64,000 nt of DNA from an uncultured bacterium (GCA_963749495.1 CAVVMW010000018.1:128001-192000), one strand, 5' to 3'; counted from the stretch's first letter, positions 45,476 to 57,969 are shown. Notes: generated by a model from the sequence alone, not told the origin. Numbers and translations: made by a program.

Positions 45476-48400
45476 ATGGCATCTGGACGCAAGCAATACC
45501 CGTTTGATCTGATCGAATCCAAGTGGCAGCGCCGCTGGGACCAGGAGCAGACCTCTCGCGCATGGAACCCGGGCGAGCGGGTGCCGCCGGGGCATCCCTT
45601 TGCGCGGCGCCACGGCCCCGTCCAACCCGAGCGATTGCCCAAATTCTACATCCTGGACATGTTCCCTTACCCGTCGGGCACGGGCCTGCACGTGGGGCAT
45701 CCCGAGGGCTATACCGCCACCGACATCCTGGCGCGCTACCGCCGGGCGCGCGGCTATAACGTCCTGCACCCGATGGGCTGGGACGCCTTCGGCCTGCCTG
45801 CCGAGCAATACGCCATCAAGACCGGCCAGCACCCGCGTCAGACGACCGAGTCCAATGTCGCCAACTTCAAACGGCAGATTAAGGCGCTGGGCTTCAGCTA
45901 CGATTGGAGCCGGGAGATCGACACCACCGACCCGCGATATCTCAAGTGGACGCAGTGGATCTTCCTACAGCTTTACAACTCATGGTTCAACCCGGAGTCG
46001 GGCAAGGCCGAGCCGATGCGGACGCTGCCCTATCCGCCCGAGTTGAGAAAAGGGGCGCCGGGCGCGCCGACGGAACTGGAGGCCAAACGCCGGGCCTGGC
46101 GCGACTCCAAGCGGCTCGCCTACGTGACGGAAGCGCCAGTCTGGTGGTGCGAGCAACTGGGCACCGTCCTGGCCAATGAGGAGGTGGTCGAGGGCAAGAG
46201 CGAGGTGGGCGGGTTTCCCGTGGTGCGCCGGCCAATGCGCCAATGGATGCTCCGCATCACGGCTTACGCGGACCGGCTCTTGCGGGACCTCGAGACCATC
46301 CAGTGGAGCGACTCGCTCAAGGAGATGCAGCGCAACTGGATCGGGCGCTCCGAAGGCGCCGAGGTCGGCTTCACAGTCCAGCGCCAGGCCCAGGAGCAGG
46401 GCGGGCTGCGGGTCACGCACGACGTGTTCGTCCTGGACGTGTTCACGACCCGGCCCGACACGCTGTTTGGCGCCACTTACATGGTCCTGGCGCCGGAACA
46501 CGCGTTCATTGATGTTTGGCTCGAGGCAAGGCATCGTGCCCGAGCGATGGCCACAAGGGACACCCGAGGAATGGAAGGGGGGCCGCGCAGGCAGGGATGC
46601 CAGCGCCACGGGCACGCCGCGGGCCGCCCTCGAGCAGTACCGCCAGTTCGCCGCCAAGAAAAGCGACCTCGAACGGACCGAGTTGGCAAAGGAGAAGACC
46701 GGGGTGTTCACGGGGGTCTATGCCATCAACCCCGTCAACGGGCAGGAGATTCCGGTCTGGATAGCGGATTATGTCCTGGCCAGCTACGGCACCGGAGCGA
46801 TTATGGCCGTGCCGGGGCATGACGCGCGCGATCTCGAGTTTGCCCGGAAGTTCCGCCTGCCGATTGTCCAGGTCGTCCAGCCGCCCGAGGGCAAAGACTG
46901 GCGCGGCTACGTGGACGACGGCGCAGCAGTGAACTCGGCCAGCGCCGAGGTCTCGCTCGACGGCCTGGCCACGCCTGAGGCCAAGCGGAAGATCACCGCC
47001 TGGCTCGAGGCGAAAAACCTCGGGCGAAAGACGGTCAACTACAAACTCCGCGACTGGCTCTTCAGCCGGCAGCGATACTGGGGCGAACCGTTTCCCATCC
47101 TCTGGAAGACCGGCCCCGGCGGGCAGCCCTATCACGAGGCCATCCCCGAGTCCGCCCTGCCGGTCGTGCCGCCTCAATTGGAGGATTACAAACCCACGCC
47201 CGACGGCCAGCCGCCGCTGGCGCGCGCCCGGGATTGGGTGAACCTGCCCGACGGCTCGCAGCGCGAAACCAATACCATGCCTCAATGGGCCGGCAGTTGC
47301 TGGTACTACTTGCGTTACCTGGACGCGGCAAACGATACGCGGTTCGTGGACAAATCCGCGGAACGGTACTGGATGGGCTACTGCAACCAGCGGATTCCGT
47401 TGACTCTGGAGGAGCTGAATGCGGCGATTGAGGATTTAATAGAGCTGAGCTACAGAGAGCCGGGCGCAGCACGGCAGAGGGTTGGTTTTGCCCAGGTGAG
47501 CGAGGACACAGCGAGGAGAATTCGAGCGGCCACGAATCTCGACTTAAACGGCTATGTTCATGTGCTGGATAACTATGGAGTGCGCCACACGCGCAAGGAG
47601 CACGGAGATCCGGGCGCCGAGAGGCGGCGCGGGCAGGAGGCGGTGGAAGACGCGACCTTCTTCCTCATCCCCTGGGTCGTACTGGAGCCTGATTCCATCG
47701 AATACGGGGGCAAGTCCTCGACGGGCCTGCACGTGCTGCGGTTCAGGAAGCAGATCAACGGGGTCGTTGTGGTGGTCGAAGAGGTGCGGGCCAGCGCAAA
47801 TCTGCTTGCGGTGGTGACCGTTTACAAAACGCGGGCGGCGGGCGATGCCGCCATAGGGGCCCCGCCCGGAACGTCTGATGACGACCGCCGTAATAAGATT
47901 ATACGTGAGCATCTGCCGAAGGTCAAGCTGCCCACGCCCGGGGTTGACCTCTACGTGGGCGGCATTGAACACGCCGTGCTCCACCTGCTTTATGCGCGCT
48001 TCTGGCACAAGGTGCTTTACGACTTGGGCCATGTCTCGACCCCGGAGCCTTTTTTCAAGCTGGTCAACCAGGGCCTCATCCTCGGGGAGATGGAGTTCAC
48101 GCTCTTTTGCTTTGCCGATGGCAGTCCTTGCAGCATCAGCGAATTGCGCGACCTCCAGGAAGAGGCCTCGACCGAGGGCCGGCGGATGGTCGGGTTCCAC
48201 AAACAGACCAAGGAGAAACTGCTGGGCCGGCGCATCCCGGAAGACAACGTGGTCAAGGCCGGCGACGGCTTTTCGCTCAAGACCGACGCCGGGGTCCGGG
48301 TCGATGCCCGCAGCTTCAAGATGTCCAAATCCCGCGGCAATGTCATCAACCCCGACGACATCCTGGCCGAGTATGGCGCCGACGCGTTCCGCCTGTACGA

Positions 48401-49091
48401 GATGTTCATGGGGCCTCTGGAAATGGTGAAGCCCTGGAGCACGCGCAGCGTCGAGGGGGTCTATCGGTTCCTGGGGAAGGTCTGGCGGTTGTTCATCGAC
48501 CAGAACAGCCAGACGGCCTTCGAGCAGGGCGTGACGGCGGAGCCGCAGCGGGCGGCGGAGCTTTTCGAGCAGGTCCGCCTCAACCCGGCCATTCGCGATG
48601 CCGAGCCGGGCGCCGCCCAGCTCAAGGCCCTCCATGCCTGCACCAGGAAAGTGACCGAGGACCTCGATGGGCTCCGGTTCAACACGGCCATTTCGGCCCT
48701 CATGGTCTTCGCCAACGAGGCGACGGCCTGGCAGACCCGGCCGGCCTCGGTGCTCCGGGATTTCCTGGTCCTCCTGCAGCCCTTTGCGCCGCACCTGGCC
48801 GAGGAGCTGTGGTCCAGGCTCGGCGCGGCGCTGCCCGCGCCCCTCCCCTCGCTCAGTTACGCGGCCTGGCCTGAGTTCAACCCGGCCTTCCTCATCGAGC
48901 AGACACTCGAAATCCCCGTCCAGGTCAACGGCAAGCTCCGCGATGTCATCCGGGTCCCGGCCACTGCCTCTGCCGCCGACCTGGAGGCCGCCGCCCGTGG
49001 CTCGGAAAAGGTCAAGCCCTTCCTGGAAGGCAAGACGGTCAGGAAGGTCATCGTCCTGCCCCGCAAGCTGGTGAATATCGTGGCGGCGTGA
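45476..49091 (+). CDS. leuS: Leucine--tRNA ligase with a large in-frame insertion (frameshift near 46526)
   Basis: [47 protein letters not shown] and KMSKS. Confidence 0.96.
47376..47936 (+). other. Inserted domain within LeuRS resembling a phage-type BECR (PBECR) nuclease
   Basis: [37 protein letters not shown] between ERYWM and PGVDLYVGG. Confidence 0.65.
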
Positions 49092-49137
49092 GGGGACAGG
49101 GAACGTGGAGCGTCGGCGCCTGAGTGCGCGGCGCCTG

Positions 49138-49494
49138 CTAATTCGTGGGCGTCTGGCTGGCCGGGTGTGTCAGTTCCAGCATCCAGGCAATGGCCTCGCG
49201 GACCCTGGCGAGCACGCCCGACTCGAAGCGCCCGGCCTTTTCCTTGAGGCGGTGGAGTTCCACCGAGGCAATGCCTTGAACGTTGGCAAGGCCTTGGTCC
49301 GCGCCGGGCAGCCACCGGACGCGCGGGAGGAGCACCTCGTAGTTCCCGCCCCGGGCTTGGGTGGTGAGGGGCACGCAGACCGCCAGCGCGCGCGGCGCCT
49401 CCGGGTCTTCACGGGAAACGACCATCAGAGGGCGCACCTTCCCCGCAATCCCCAAGTCCACCCAATAGACTTCACCAGGCCTTGGCGTGGTCAT
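49138..49494 (-). CDS. PemK/MazF-family toxin
   Basis: PGEVYWVDLG..GKVRP..VVS and VPLTT. Confidence 0.9.
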   Translation of the reverse strand: MTTPRPGEVYWVDLGIAGKVRPLMVVSREDPEAPRALAVCVPLTTQARGGNYEVLLPRVRWLPGADQGLANVQGIASVELHRLKEKAGRFESGVLARVREAIAWMLELTHPASQTPTN

Positions 49495-49708
49495 AGAAGC
49501 TTTCCAGGGTGGCCGCGCGCCGTTCCCACGGCCCCAGGACGGAATCCTCAGGCTCCGTGCGCAAACTGACCGGGACCTTCCCGGTTCGGGCGATCTCACT
49601 GACAAAAACGCGGAACATTTCCGAGGTCGAAGTGCCCAAGGTCTTTGTCACTGCGTTAGCCTTGCCGAGCAAACGCTTATCGACTCGGCAGCGAAATAGC
49701 ACGGTCAT
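49472..49708 (-). CDS. RelB/DinJ-like ribbon-helix-helix antitoxin
   Basis: FRCRVD..L...AN.V...LG.S.SE..R.F...IARTGKVP; overlaps the toxin start. Confidence 0.8.
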   Translation of the reverse strand: MTVLFRCRVDKRLLGKANAVTKTLGTSTSEMFRVFVSEIARTGKVPVSLRTEPEDSVLGPWERRAATLESFYDHAKAW

Positions 49709-49864
49709 GCCACAATTGTGCCCTTTCCAGTCCTGGTGTCAAGCCGCAGGACTCCCGAAATTTCTGTTGACATTCCCGAGGGCCTTGTCTAGCCTCGGCA
49801 TCATGCAGACAATTCCACGTTCTGCCTTGCCGCGTCCTTGTGGACTTGAGAAATCCGGGAGCCT

Positions 49865-50656
49865 ATGTCATCTACCATGTTAAATTCACGCGATCACTTC
49901 CGTCGTGCTTTTCGGATTGACTTGGCATTCACCCTGATTGAACTGCTCGTGGTCATTGCCATCATTGCCATTCTTGCCGCGATGCTCTTGCCCGCCCTTG
50001 CCCAGGCGAAGGCCAAAGCAGCCCAGACGAAGTGTGTGAGCAACGAAAGGCAACTTACCTACGGACTGATGATGTACACGATGAACAACACGGATTATTT
50101 CCCGGGGACCGCCTCGAGAAACACGTACGGCTACGAAAAAGAGGACTGGATCTATTGGCGTGCCGGCGCGAATTATCCCCCCGTCACCCAGAGCCCGATC
50201 GTCACGGGCACCGGCTCGGTCAGCAGCAACCTGTTCCGCTGCTCGATGGACAGGAGTGACAGCGAACGCATCGCTGAAAACACGGACGGGCAGGGAATCT
50301 ATGCCTACAGCTATACCGTGACGAGCGTCGTGACCGATGTCAACTGCGGTTTTACATCGATCATCGACAACAATATCCATTTCGTTGAACAATTCAAACT
50401 CTCCAGCGTCCGCAGGCCCGCGCTGAAGATCATGCTCGCCGAGGAGCAAGCCACCCTCAAAAAGGGTGAAGCCTCGGATCCGACGGGGGACGTCATGAAT
50501 GACGGCCGTTACTGCCCCAGCGGCCCCGCCACCGGCGGCGACGCCTTTACCGTTCGGCACAACGGAAAAGGCATTGCGGGGTTCGCGGACGGCCACGTGT
50601 CACCCGTGTTGCCCAAGTTCGCCAACATGATAACGAACTGTCAAGCCGACCTGTAA
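49865..50656 (+). CDS. Prepilin-type N-terminal cleavage/methylation protein with H-X9-DG domain
   Basis: [23 protein letters not shown] and [14 protein letters not shown]. Confidence 0.92.
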   Translation: MSSTMLNSRDHFRRAFRIDLAFTLIELLVVIAIIAILAAMLLPALAQAKAKAAQTKCVSNERQLTYGLMMYTMNNTDYFPGTASRNTYGYEKEDWIYWRAGANYPPVTQSPIVTGTGSVSSNLFRCSMDRSDSERIAENTDGQGIYAYSYTVTSVVTDVNCGFTSIIDNNIHFVEQFKLSSVRRPALKIMLAEEQATLKKGEASDPTGDVMNDGRYCPSGPATGGDAFTVRHNGKGIAGFADGHVSPVLPKFANMITNCQADL

Positions 50657-50669
50657 ACGCTGCTCTGCC

Positions 50670-51360
50670 TCGCGGCCCAACGGGCCGCCAGAACTTAGCC
50701 CAGGGCTGAGGCCGTGAGGCCGATGCCCTGGGTTTCGCCGCAAACCCGGGTCCCGCGCCCTGAAAGAATCCCCCAAACGGAATTTGGCGCATTGAACCCC
50801 CGAACCTCGACCGGGCGTCCCGGTCCCGCGTAGCGTTTTGGACTGCGGCAGTCCTCTGCCGCTTTTCTGTCCCCTCGCTGGCGGCGCGAAAGCGGCAGAG
50901 GACTGCCGCAGTCCAAAACCTTCGGGCTTGGGGTCAATTCCTGGGGAGCCTTGATGATTTTGGGATCGTGCATTGGGACCATGAACCGGACGGGCGCCGC
51001 CCCGCGCGTAGCGTTTTGGACTGCCGCAGTCCAAAACCTTCGGGCTTGGGGTCGGTTCCTGGGGAGCCTTGATGATTTTGGGATCGTGCATTGGGACCAT
51101 GAACCGGACGCGCGCCGCCCCGCGCGTAGCGTTTTGGACTGCGGCAGTCCTCTGCCGCTTTTGTGTCCCCTCGCTGGCGACGCGAAAGCGGCAGAAGACT
51201 GCCGCAGTCCAAAACCTTCGGGCTTGGGGTCGGTTCCTGGGGAGGGCGCGAGAGGGCCTGGCGCCCCTACAGGGCGCGCCTGATCCTCCGGCGGCATGTT
51301 CCCAGGGCATCGGCCTGGCGGCCTCAGCCCTGGGCTAAGCTCCGCCGGCCCTTTGGGCCG
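50670..51360. repeat. Nested REP/BIME-like composite
   Basis: Outer inverted arms (CTTAGCCCAGGGCTGAGGCC..GATGCCCTGGG) enclose three TTTTGGACTGC..GCAGTCCAAAA palindromes and two ~119-bp direct repeats. Confidence 0.85.
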
Positions 51361-51384
51361 GAACCTCCTGGGATCCGCGCAAGC

Positions 51385-52200
51385 TCAATCGGCTCGAGTT
51401 GCGGGGGTGGCGGGCTGGGTGACTGGGCGCAACTGGATCTGGCGCAGGGCGGCGCCGGTTTGCCAGGAGGCCAGGCCGAAGGGCTTGGACATCTCAATGT
51501 CGCCGGGCCGCAGGGAGATGCGCCTGTCCTTTGTGTTGACGTTGATCAACTGCTGGTTGTCGAGCCAGGCCTCGATCCGGGACTCGGTCACGCGGAGCCG
51601 GATGCGGTACCAGCGGCCGGATTCGAAGCTCAGGAACTTGGTGGTCTGGTTCTCGGAGGCGTCCATCCCGTCGAGGCTCGAGATGCCCACCAGCGAACCG
51701 CCCCATCCGCCGACGATCAGGCTGCAGAACGAATCGCCTACGGGCACGGTCAGGCCGCAAAAGAAGTCCGAGCCCATGACCCGCGCCGCATCGAGGGCCA
51801 CCTCGTAATTCATCTTGGGAAAGTCGTTGGTGTAATTGATGCCTGTGAACGGCTCGCCCATCTTGAGCAGGATGAGGCCGTCGCGGCATTGGACCTCGCC
51901 GTGGCCGGCGAACTGGGTTTCGCGCCAGCCCGTGAGGTCCTGGCCATTGAAGAGGGGTTGCCAGCCTTCGCCATCGAAAGGTGCGGGCGGTTTGGCCAGG
52001 CCGGGCGGGAGGTTGTCCTTGGGTTCGGCGGCGGGGGCGGGAGGCGGCGCGGCGGCCTGGGCCTGCTGCGGCGGGGAAGCCGCGGCGGGCGGTTGGGCCT
52101 GCGCAGAGGGGGCGCCGGGTCTGGCGGGCTGCGAACTGCACCCCGCCAGCAGCACCAGGGCGGGCACAAGGGTGTGCAACGAGAAAAAGCTCATCTTCAT
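51385..52200 (-). CDS. DUF1080 (3-keto-disaccharide hydrolase-like) lipoprotein
   Basis: LAGC lipobox, Pro/Ala linker, LFNGQDLTGW and GSDFFCGLT. Confidence 0.88.
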   Translation of the reverse strand: MKMSFFSLHTLVPALVLLAGCSSQPARPGAPSAQAQPPAAASPPQQAQAAAPPPAPAAEPKDNLPPGLAKPPAPFDGEGWQPLFNGQDLTGWRETQFAGHGEVQCRDGLILLKMGEPFTGINYTNDFPKMNYEVALDAARVMGSDFFCGLTVPVGDSFCSLIVGGWGGSLVGISSLDGMDASENQTTKFLSFESGRWYRIRLRVTESRIEAWLDNQQLINVNTKDRRISLRPGDIEMSKPFGLASWQTGAALRQIQLRPVTQPATPATRAD

Positions 52201-52515
52201 AGAGGGCATCGGAAAAAAGTTGAAGTTGCTCATAAAGTCCGAAGGCAATAGCCTACCCGGGTATTTTCGAAATGGCGACAAGATATTCCCATGACGAACC
52301 CTGAAGGCGGAGACAGAGTCGGCGGCGGACCCCTCACCCCAGCCCTCTCCCCGTCCGACGGGGAGAGGGAGAGGCGCCGGCAGTCTCAGGAGCTTCCGGG
52401 CGTCTCCGCTTGCTCAAAGCGCTACCGAGAATCCTCCCTCTCCCCATCCGATGGGGAGAGGGCCGGGGTGAGGGGCTGCCCGCGCTGCCGCTCCCGCCTT
52501 CGCTGAGGCCTTCCC

Positions 52516-52818
52516 ATGACGATCCCCAGCTTTCTCCGTGAGCAGGCCGACGGCGTCTTGCTGTCGGTCAAGCTGCAGCCGCGCGCCTCGGCCAACGAAA
52601 TCGGCGAGGCGATGGGGAGCGAGCTGCGCATCAGGGTCACCGCCCCGCCGGTGGACGCGGCCGCCAACCAGGCCCTGGTGCGGCTGCTGGCGGAGGCCCT
52701 GGATTGCCCGCGGCACCGGGTCGAACTGGCGCGCGGCCATGCCTCGCGGCACAAAGTGGTCAAGCTCTATGGATTCAGCGCCCAGGCGGCGGCAGCCCGG
52801 CTGCTCTCTAAAGGCTAA
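52516..52818 (+). CDS. DUF167 (YggU-like) protein
   Basis: VKLQPRAS and VTAPPVDAAAN..L. Confidence 0.9.
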   Translation: MTIPSFLREQADGVLLSVKLQPRASANEIGEAMGSELRIRVTAPPVDAAANQALVRLLAEALDCPRHRVELARGHASRHKVVKLYGFSAQAAAARLLSKG

Positions 52819-52911
52819 AGGCTAAAGGCTGAAGTTGAAAAGCGCTTGGCCCCGCCACGTCTCCCACCTCAGCCTTTAGCCTTTAGCCTTTAGCCTTCAG
52901 CCTTCAGCCTT
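52808..52911. repeat. Inverted heptamer arrays (AAGGCTA / TTAGCCT) between convergent genes; related array 18190-18220
   Basis: Seen directly in the sequence. Confidence 0.85.
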
Positions 52912-52954
52912 TGGAACGGAGAGGGTCGGGGTAAGGGGCTGGCCGGTTGCGCCG

Positions 52955-54217
52955 TTATTCGTAGCGGAGGGACTCAATCGGGTCGAGGTTGGCGGCCTTG
53001 TAAGCGGGGTAGGTGCCGAAGACAATGCCCACGATCGAGCAAATGACCAGGCCGATGACGATCCAATCAACCGGAACCACCGGCGCGAGTTTCAGGTAGT
53101 AGGCGGTCGCGTCGCCGCCCAGGATCCCGAGGAGGACCCCGATGGCGCCGCCCACCTCGCAGATAACGACCGCCTCCATGATGAACTGGGCCATGATGCT
53201 CCGCTTCTTGGCCCCGACGGCCCGCCGGATGCCGATCTCGCGGGTGCGCTCGGTCACCGAGACGAGCATGATGTTCATGATGCCGACGCCGGCGGCGAGC
53301 AGGGCGATCGAGCTGACGACCATCACCCCGATGCGCACGGCCATGGTGAAGGTGTTGAATTGGGTCATCATCGAGTCGTTGGAGGCGATCTCGAAGTCGT
53401 CTTCTTTGCCGGGCGGCACCTTGCGGGCGACCCGGAGAACCCCGCGCACCTGTTCGACGGTTTCATCGAAGCCAGCCGTGTCTCGCGCCTGGATGAGGAG
53501 GGTCAAGCTGCGGGACCATCTCCCGAAACGGTTCAGCCCGGTCGTGATAGGGACGATGGCGAAGTTGTCCTGGTCGCCGCCCAGCGAGCCGCCCTTGGCC
53601 TCGAGCACCCCGATGACGGCGTAGTTGATGCCATTGACCTTGAGCCGCTCGCCGACCGCCTGGCCATGAGGAAAGACGCTCTTGAACAGGCCGTGCCCCA
53701 GCACGCAGACATCGTGGGCGCCGTCCACGTCGCTCTCCAGCAGCAGCCGGCCCTCGCCCAGTATCCAGTTGCGGGCCGCGAAACTGCCGGGCGTCTCGCC
53801 GAGGAGTTGCACGTTGGGGGCCGTCTTCTTGTAGCGCGTCTCGACCTGGCCGCCCCAAAACGTCTCCTCGATGCCCACGGATTGCGCCAGCGTCGCCTTC
53901 TTCTCCACCTGCAGCGCCTGCTCCAGGGTAATGTCGTTGCGCCGCCAGTACTTCTCGAAACCCTCGGGTCCCCCAAAGTAGATGGCCGGCCATTTCTGGA
54001 CCATGAACGTCTGGCTGCCCAATTGTCGGATCTCCTGCTCGATGTTGCTCTGCATCGCCCGCATCGCGGTCATGACCACGATGATCGAGAACACGCCCAC
54101 CAACACCCCCAGCAGCGTGAGCGCCGAGCGCAGCTTGTGCGCCGCCAGCGCGCCCATGGCCATGGCAAAACTATCGCGCAACTCCCCAAGCACTATTGTC
54201 GTTCGCCTCGCGCTCAT
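52955..54217 (-). CDS. ABC transporter permease (MacB/FtsX family)
   Basis: [29 protein letters not shown] and DPIESLRYE. Confidence 0.95.
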   Translation of the reverse strand: MSARRTTIVLGELRDSFAMAMGALAAHKLRSALTLLGVLVGVFSIIVVMTAMRAMQSNIEQEIRQLGSQTFMVQKWPAIYFGGPEGFEKYWRRNDITLEQALQVEKKATLAQSVGIEETFWGGQVETRYKKTAPNVQLLGETPGSFAARNWILGEGRLLLESDVDGAHDVCVLGHGLFKSVFPHGQAVGERLKVNGINYAVIGVLEAKGGSLGGDQDNFAIVPITTGLNRFGRWSRSLTLLIQARDTAGFDETVEQVRGVLRVARKVPPGKEDDFEIASNDSMMTQFNTFTMAVRIGVMVVSSIALLAAGVGIMNIMLVSVTERTREIGIRRAVGAKKRSIMAQFIMEAVVICEVGGAIGVLLGILGGDATAYYLKLAPVVPVDWIVIGLVICSIVGIVFGTYPAYKAANLDPIESLRYE

Positions 54218-54223
54218 GCTGTG

Positions 54224-55452
54224 TCACTCATTGCGCAACGCGTCCACCGGGTTCATGCGCGCCGCCCGCCAGGCCGGCAGAAAGCCCGACACCACCCCCG
54301 TGAGCAACGAAACCAGCAGCGCCAGGCCGACGAGGCTCGGCGACATCGTGACGGGCAGGAACTTCTGGATGAGGAAGGTCAGCAACCAGGCAATCGTCAG
54401 CGCGATCATCCCCCCGATCAGGCAGATGCAGGCCGCCTCGATGAGGAACTGGAGCAAAATGGTGCGCCGCTTGGCGCCGATGGCCTTGCGGATGCCGATC
54501 TCGCGCGTGCGCTCCGCCACAGACACGAACATGATGTTCATGATGCCAATCCCGCCCACGAATAGCGCCAACCCGGTGATAAACAGCCCCACGGCCGCGA
54601 TGGTGCCGCCTAGCTTGTGGAATATCTTCACCAATTGGTCCTGCTGGTTGATGGCAAAGTCGTCCGCCTGGGTGGGCGCCAGCCGCCTGACTGTCCGCAT
54701 GGCTGCGCGCACCTCCTCCTTGGCGTCGTCCAGTTGCGCCAGGTCCTTGACCTTGACGCAGATGTCGCAACTGGGCGTGCCCCAGAAATCCATCATGAAT
54801 CGCTTGAGGGGAAGGAAGATTTGGTTGTCCAGGCTGAACATGCCGAGGAACGAACCTTGTTTGTCCAGCACGCCGACCACCTCGAAGGGCTCGCCCTCGA
54901 TGCGGATGCGGCGGCCCAGCGGCGACTCGCGCTGAAACAGATTGGCCGCGACTTCCGACCCGATGACGCACACCGGCTGGCCGCCCGCCGATTCGGTGGG
55001 CGAGAAGAACCGCCCCTGGGCCAGGGTGGTGCTGCTGCTGGTATAAACGAACTGGTCGGTCGTAGCGATGATCCGAACATTGTCCGAGCGCCGCCGTTTG
55101 TATTGGACGGCCAGCCCGGCATCCACCTGGGGGGCGACCGCGCGCGCCATGGTCAATTGGCGTTCGAGGGCGACGACCTGGTCAGGGGAGATGCGGTTGC
55201 GCTTCATCCCGGTGCGCCACGAATCCTCCGAGTCGTTGAACCAGTTGAAACGGCTCACATAGAGGACATCCGCTCCCAGAAACGAGACGTTCTTGAGAAA
55301 TGCCCGGTCCAGCCCCTGGATGGCCGAGCCCATCAGGGTCACGGTCACAATGCCGATGACGATGCCCAGGGTGGTGAGGATCGAGCGCATCTTGTTGGCC
55401 CTGATGGCCGCCCAGGAAATGCCGACGCCCTCTTTGAGGTCGGTGAACAGGT

Positions 55453-55456
<4 letters not shown>
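54224..55456 (-). CDS. ABC transporter permease (MacB/FtsX family)
   Basis: [23 protein letters not shown] and NPVDALRNE. Confidence 0.95.
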
Positions 55457-56271
<815 letters not shown>

Positions 56272-56334
56272 GGGGCAAGGATCGGGTGGCCGGTGAAACC
56301 TCGGATTTCAAATCTCATTGTCTGATCGCCCCAC

Positions 56335-57777
56335 TTACTTGCCCTCCTTGTCCTTGTCCTTATCCTGGTCCGGGCCGACCACTCCTTTGCGGACCTTCTT
56401 GCCGTCGTCGAGGTCGCGGACGATCGCCTTGTAGCCGCCGGAGACGATTTCCTGGCCCTCCTGCAGCCCTTGTGTGATCTCCCAGTAGTTATCGTCGCCG
56501 ATGCCGACCTTGACCGGCACCATCCTGGCATGATCCCCCTCCTTGAGGAAGACCACCTCGATGGGCTTGGCGGCCTCCTTGGATTTCTTGTCGCCGGCGG
56601 GGACGTTGGTTCCCTGGGCGGCCACGGCGTTGGTGGCGCCGGCGCTCGGGGTGTTCGTCGGGTCGTCGGCCGCGGCGGAGCCCGCCGGGGGATCGGCATT
56701 GGTCGCGGCGGAGGGGGAATTGGTCTTGGAGTGGGCGTCCGTGGCGTGGCCGCGCGCGGCCAGCCGGGTCTGGGCCTTTTTTTCCTTGGGCACTCGCGTG
56801 GTCACGGCCGCCATCGGCACGGCCAGGACATTGGTCCGGTAACGCGTCTCGATCTCTGCCGTGACCGACATGCCGGGGCGGAAGGCGTCCTTTTCTTTGA
56901 TGCGAATTCTGACCTCGAACTTGGTGGCATCCTGGGTATTGCCGCTGCCGGAAGAGCCGGCGGTCTTCGAGGAGTTGGCGATTTGCGTCACGATGCCGTT
57001 GAACTTCTTGTCTTTGAAGGCATCAACCTCCAGGTGTACACATTGGCCCGGCGCGATCAGGATCACGTCCGTTTCCCCGAGGTCCACCCGCGCCTCCATC
57101 TCGTTCAAATCGGCGATGGTCATGACCTCGGTGCCGGCCATCGTGGCGGTGCCGACGACCCGCTCGCCCAACTCCGAGTTCAACTTGCTCACAGTCCCGG
57201 TCAGCGGCGAGACGATGATGGTCTTGGCCAGGGTGTCCTCGGTGCTGTCCAGCGTGCCGCGCGCGCTCTTGACCATGTGCTCGGCGCTGGACAACTGCGC
57301 CTTGGCAACGTCGTATCCGTTCTGGGCGGCATCGTAATCCGAGTCGGAAATCAGCTTCTGCTTGAAGAGGTCAGCGCTGCGTTTGTAATCCGCCCGCGCC
57401 TTGACGAGGTTGGCCTCGGCGGTCGCCTTGCCGGCGAGCGAGGATTGGTAGGCCCCCTCGGCCTGGTTGCGCGCCGCCTCGTAAAAGTCCTTCTTGATCT
57501 TCAGAATCAAGTCCCCTTTCTGCACATGCTGGCCCTCCTTGACCGGCAACTCGACGATCTCGCCGCTGACCTCCGGGCTGATGGCGACCTTGACCACCGG
57601 CTGAATCTTGCCGCTGGCCTTGACCGTCTCCACCAGCGTCCGCCGGGTCACTTTCTCGGTCTGCACGGTGATGATCACCTCGCGCTTGCGCAAGGCCGCC
57701 CCAAGCCCCAAGCCGGCCAACACCAGCACGATCACAGAGAAAACGACCACTTTCCTGCGTTTCTTCGATTTTGCCAT
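56335..57777 (-). CDS. Efflux periplasmic adaptor (MacA-like membrane fusion protein)
   Basis: ASGKIQP, VKEGQ.V.KGD, coiled coil, SPLTG and RPGMS. Confidence 0.93.
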   Translation of the reverse strand: MAKSKKRRKVVVFSVIVLVLAGLGLGAALRKREVIITVQTEKVTRRTLVETVKASGKIQPVVKVAISPEVSGEIVELPVKEGQHVQKGDLILKIKKDFYEAARNQAEGAYQSSLAGKATAEANLVKARADYKRSADLFKQKLISDSDYDAAQNGYDVAKAQLSSAEHMVKSARGTLDSTEDTLAKTIIVSPLTGTVSKLNSELGERVVGTATMAGTEVMTIADLNEMEARVDLGETDVILIAPGQCVHLEVDAFKDKKFNGIVTQIANSSKTAGSSGSGNTQDATKFEVRIRIKEKDAFRPGMSVTAEIETRYRTNVLAVPMAAVTTRVPKEKKAQTRLAARGHATDAHSKTNSPSAATNADPPAGSAAADDPTNTPSAGATNAVAAQGTNVPAGDKKSKEAAKPIEVVFLKEGDHARMVPVKVGIGDDNYWEITQGLQEGQEIVSGGYKAIVRDLDDGKKVRKGVVGPDQDKDKDKEGK

Positions 57778-57969
57778 GTTAACTCGATATTATGACACGC
57801 CCGGGCCGGTTTTGTTTCATTACAAAAAGCTGCCTGGGATGTAATCCGACCCTCTGGCGGCAGTCAAGCCTGGGGGCACAACCGGACGGCGCCCGGGTGC
57901 ATCTCGTCAGTAGCACCGCCTTCAGCCAGGAGCAGCGGCTCGGAGCCGAGCCCCAGCGGAGGCTCGGGG

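Noticed and set aside
47376..47936. Intein in LeuRS
   Set aside because: No C-terminal His-Asn followed by Cys/Ser/Thr and no recognisable Hint blocks
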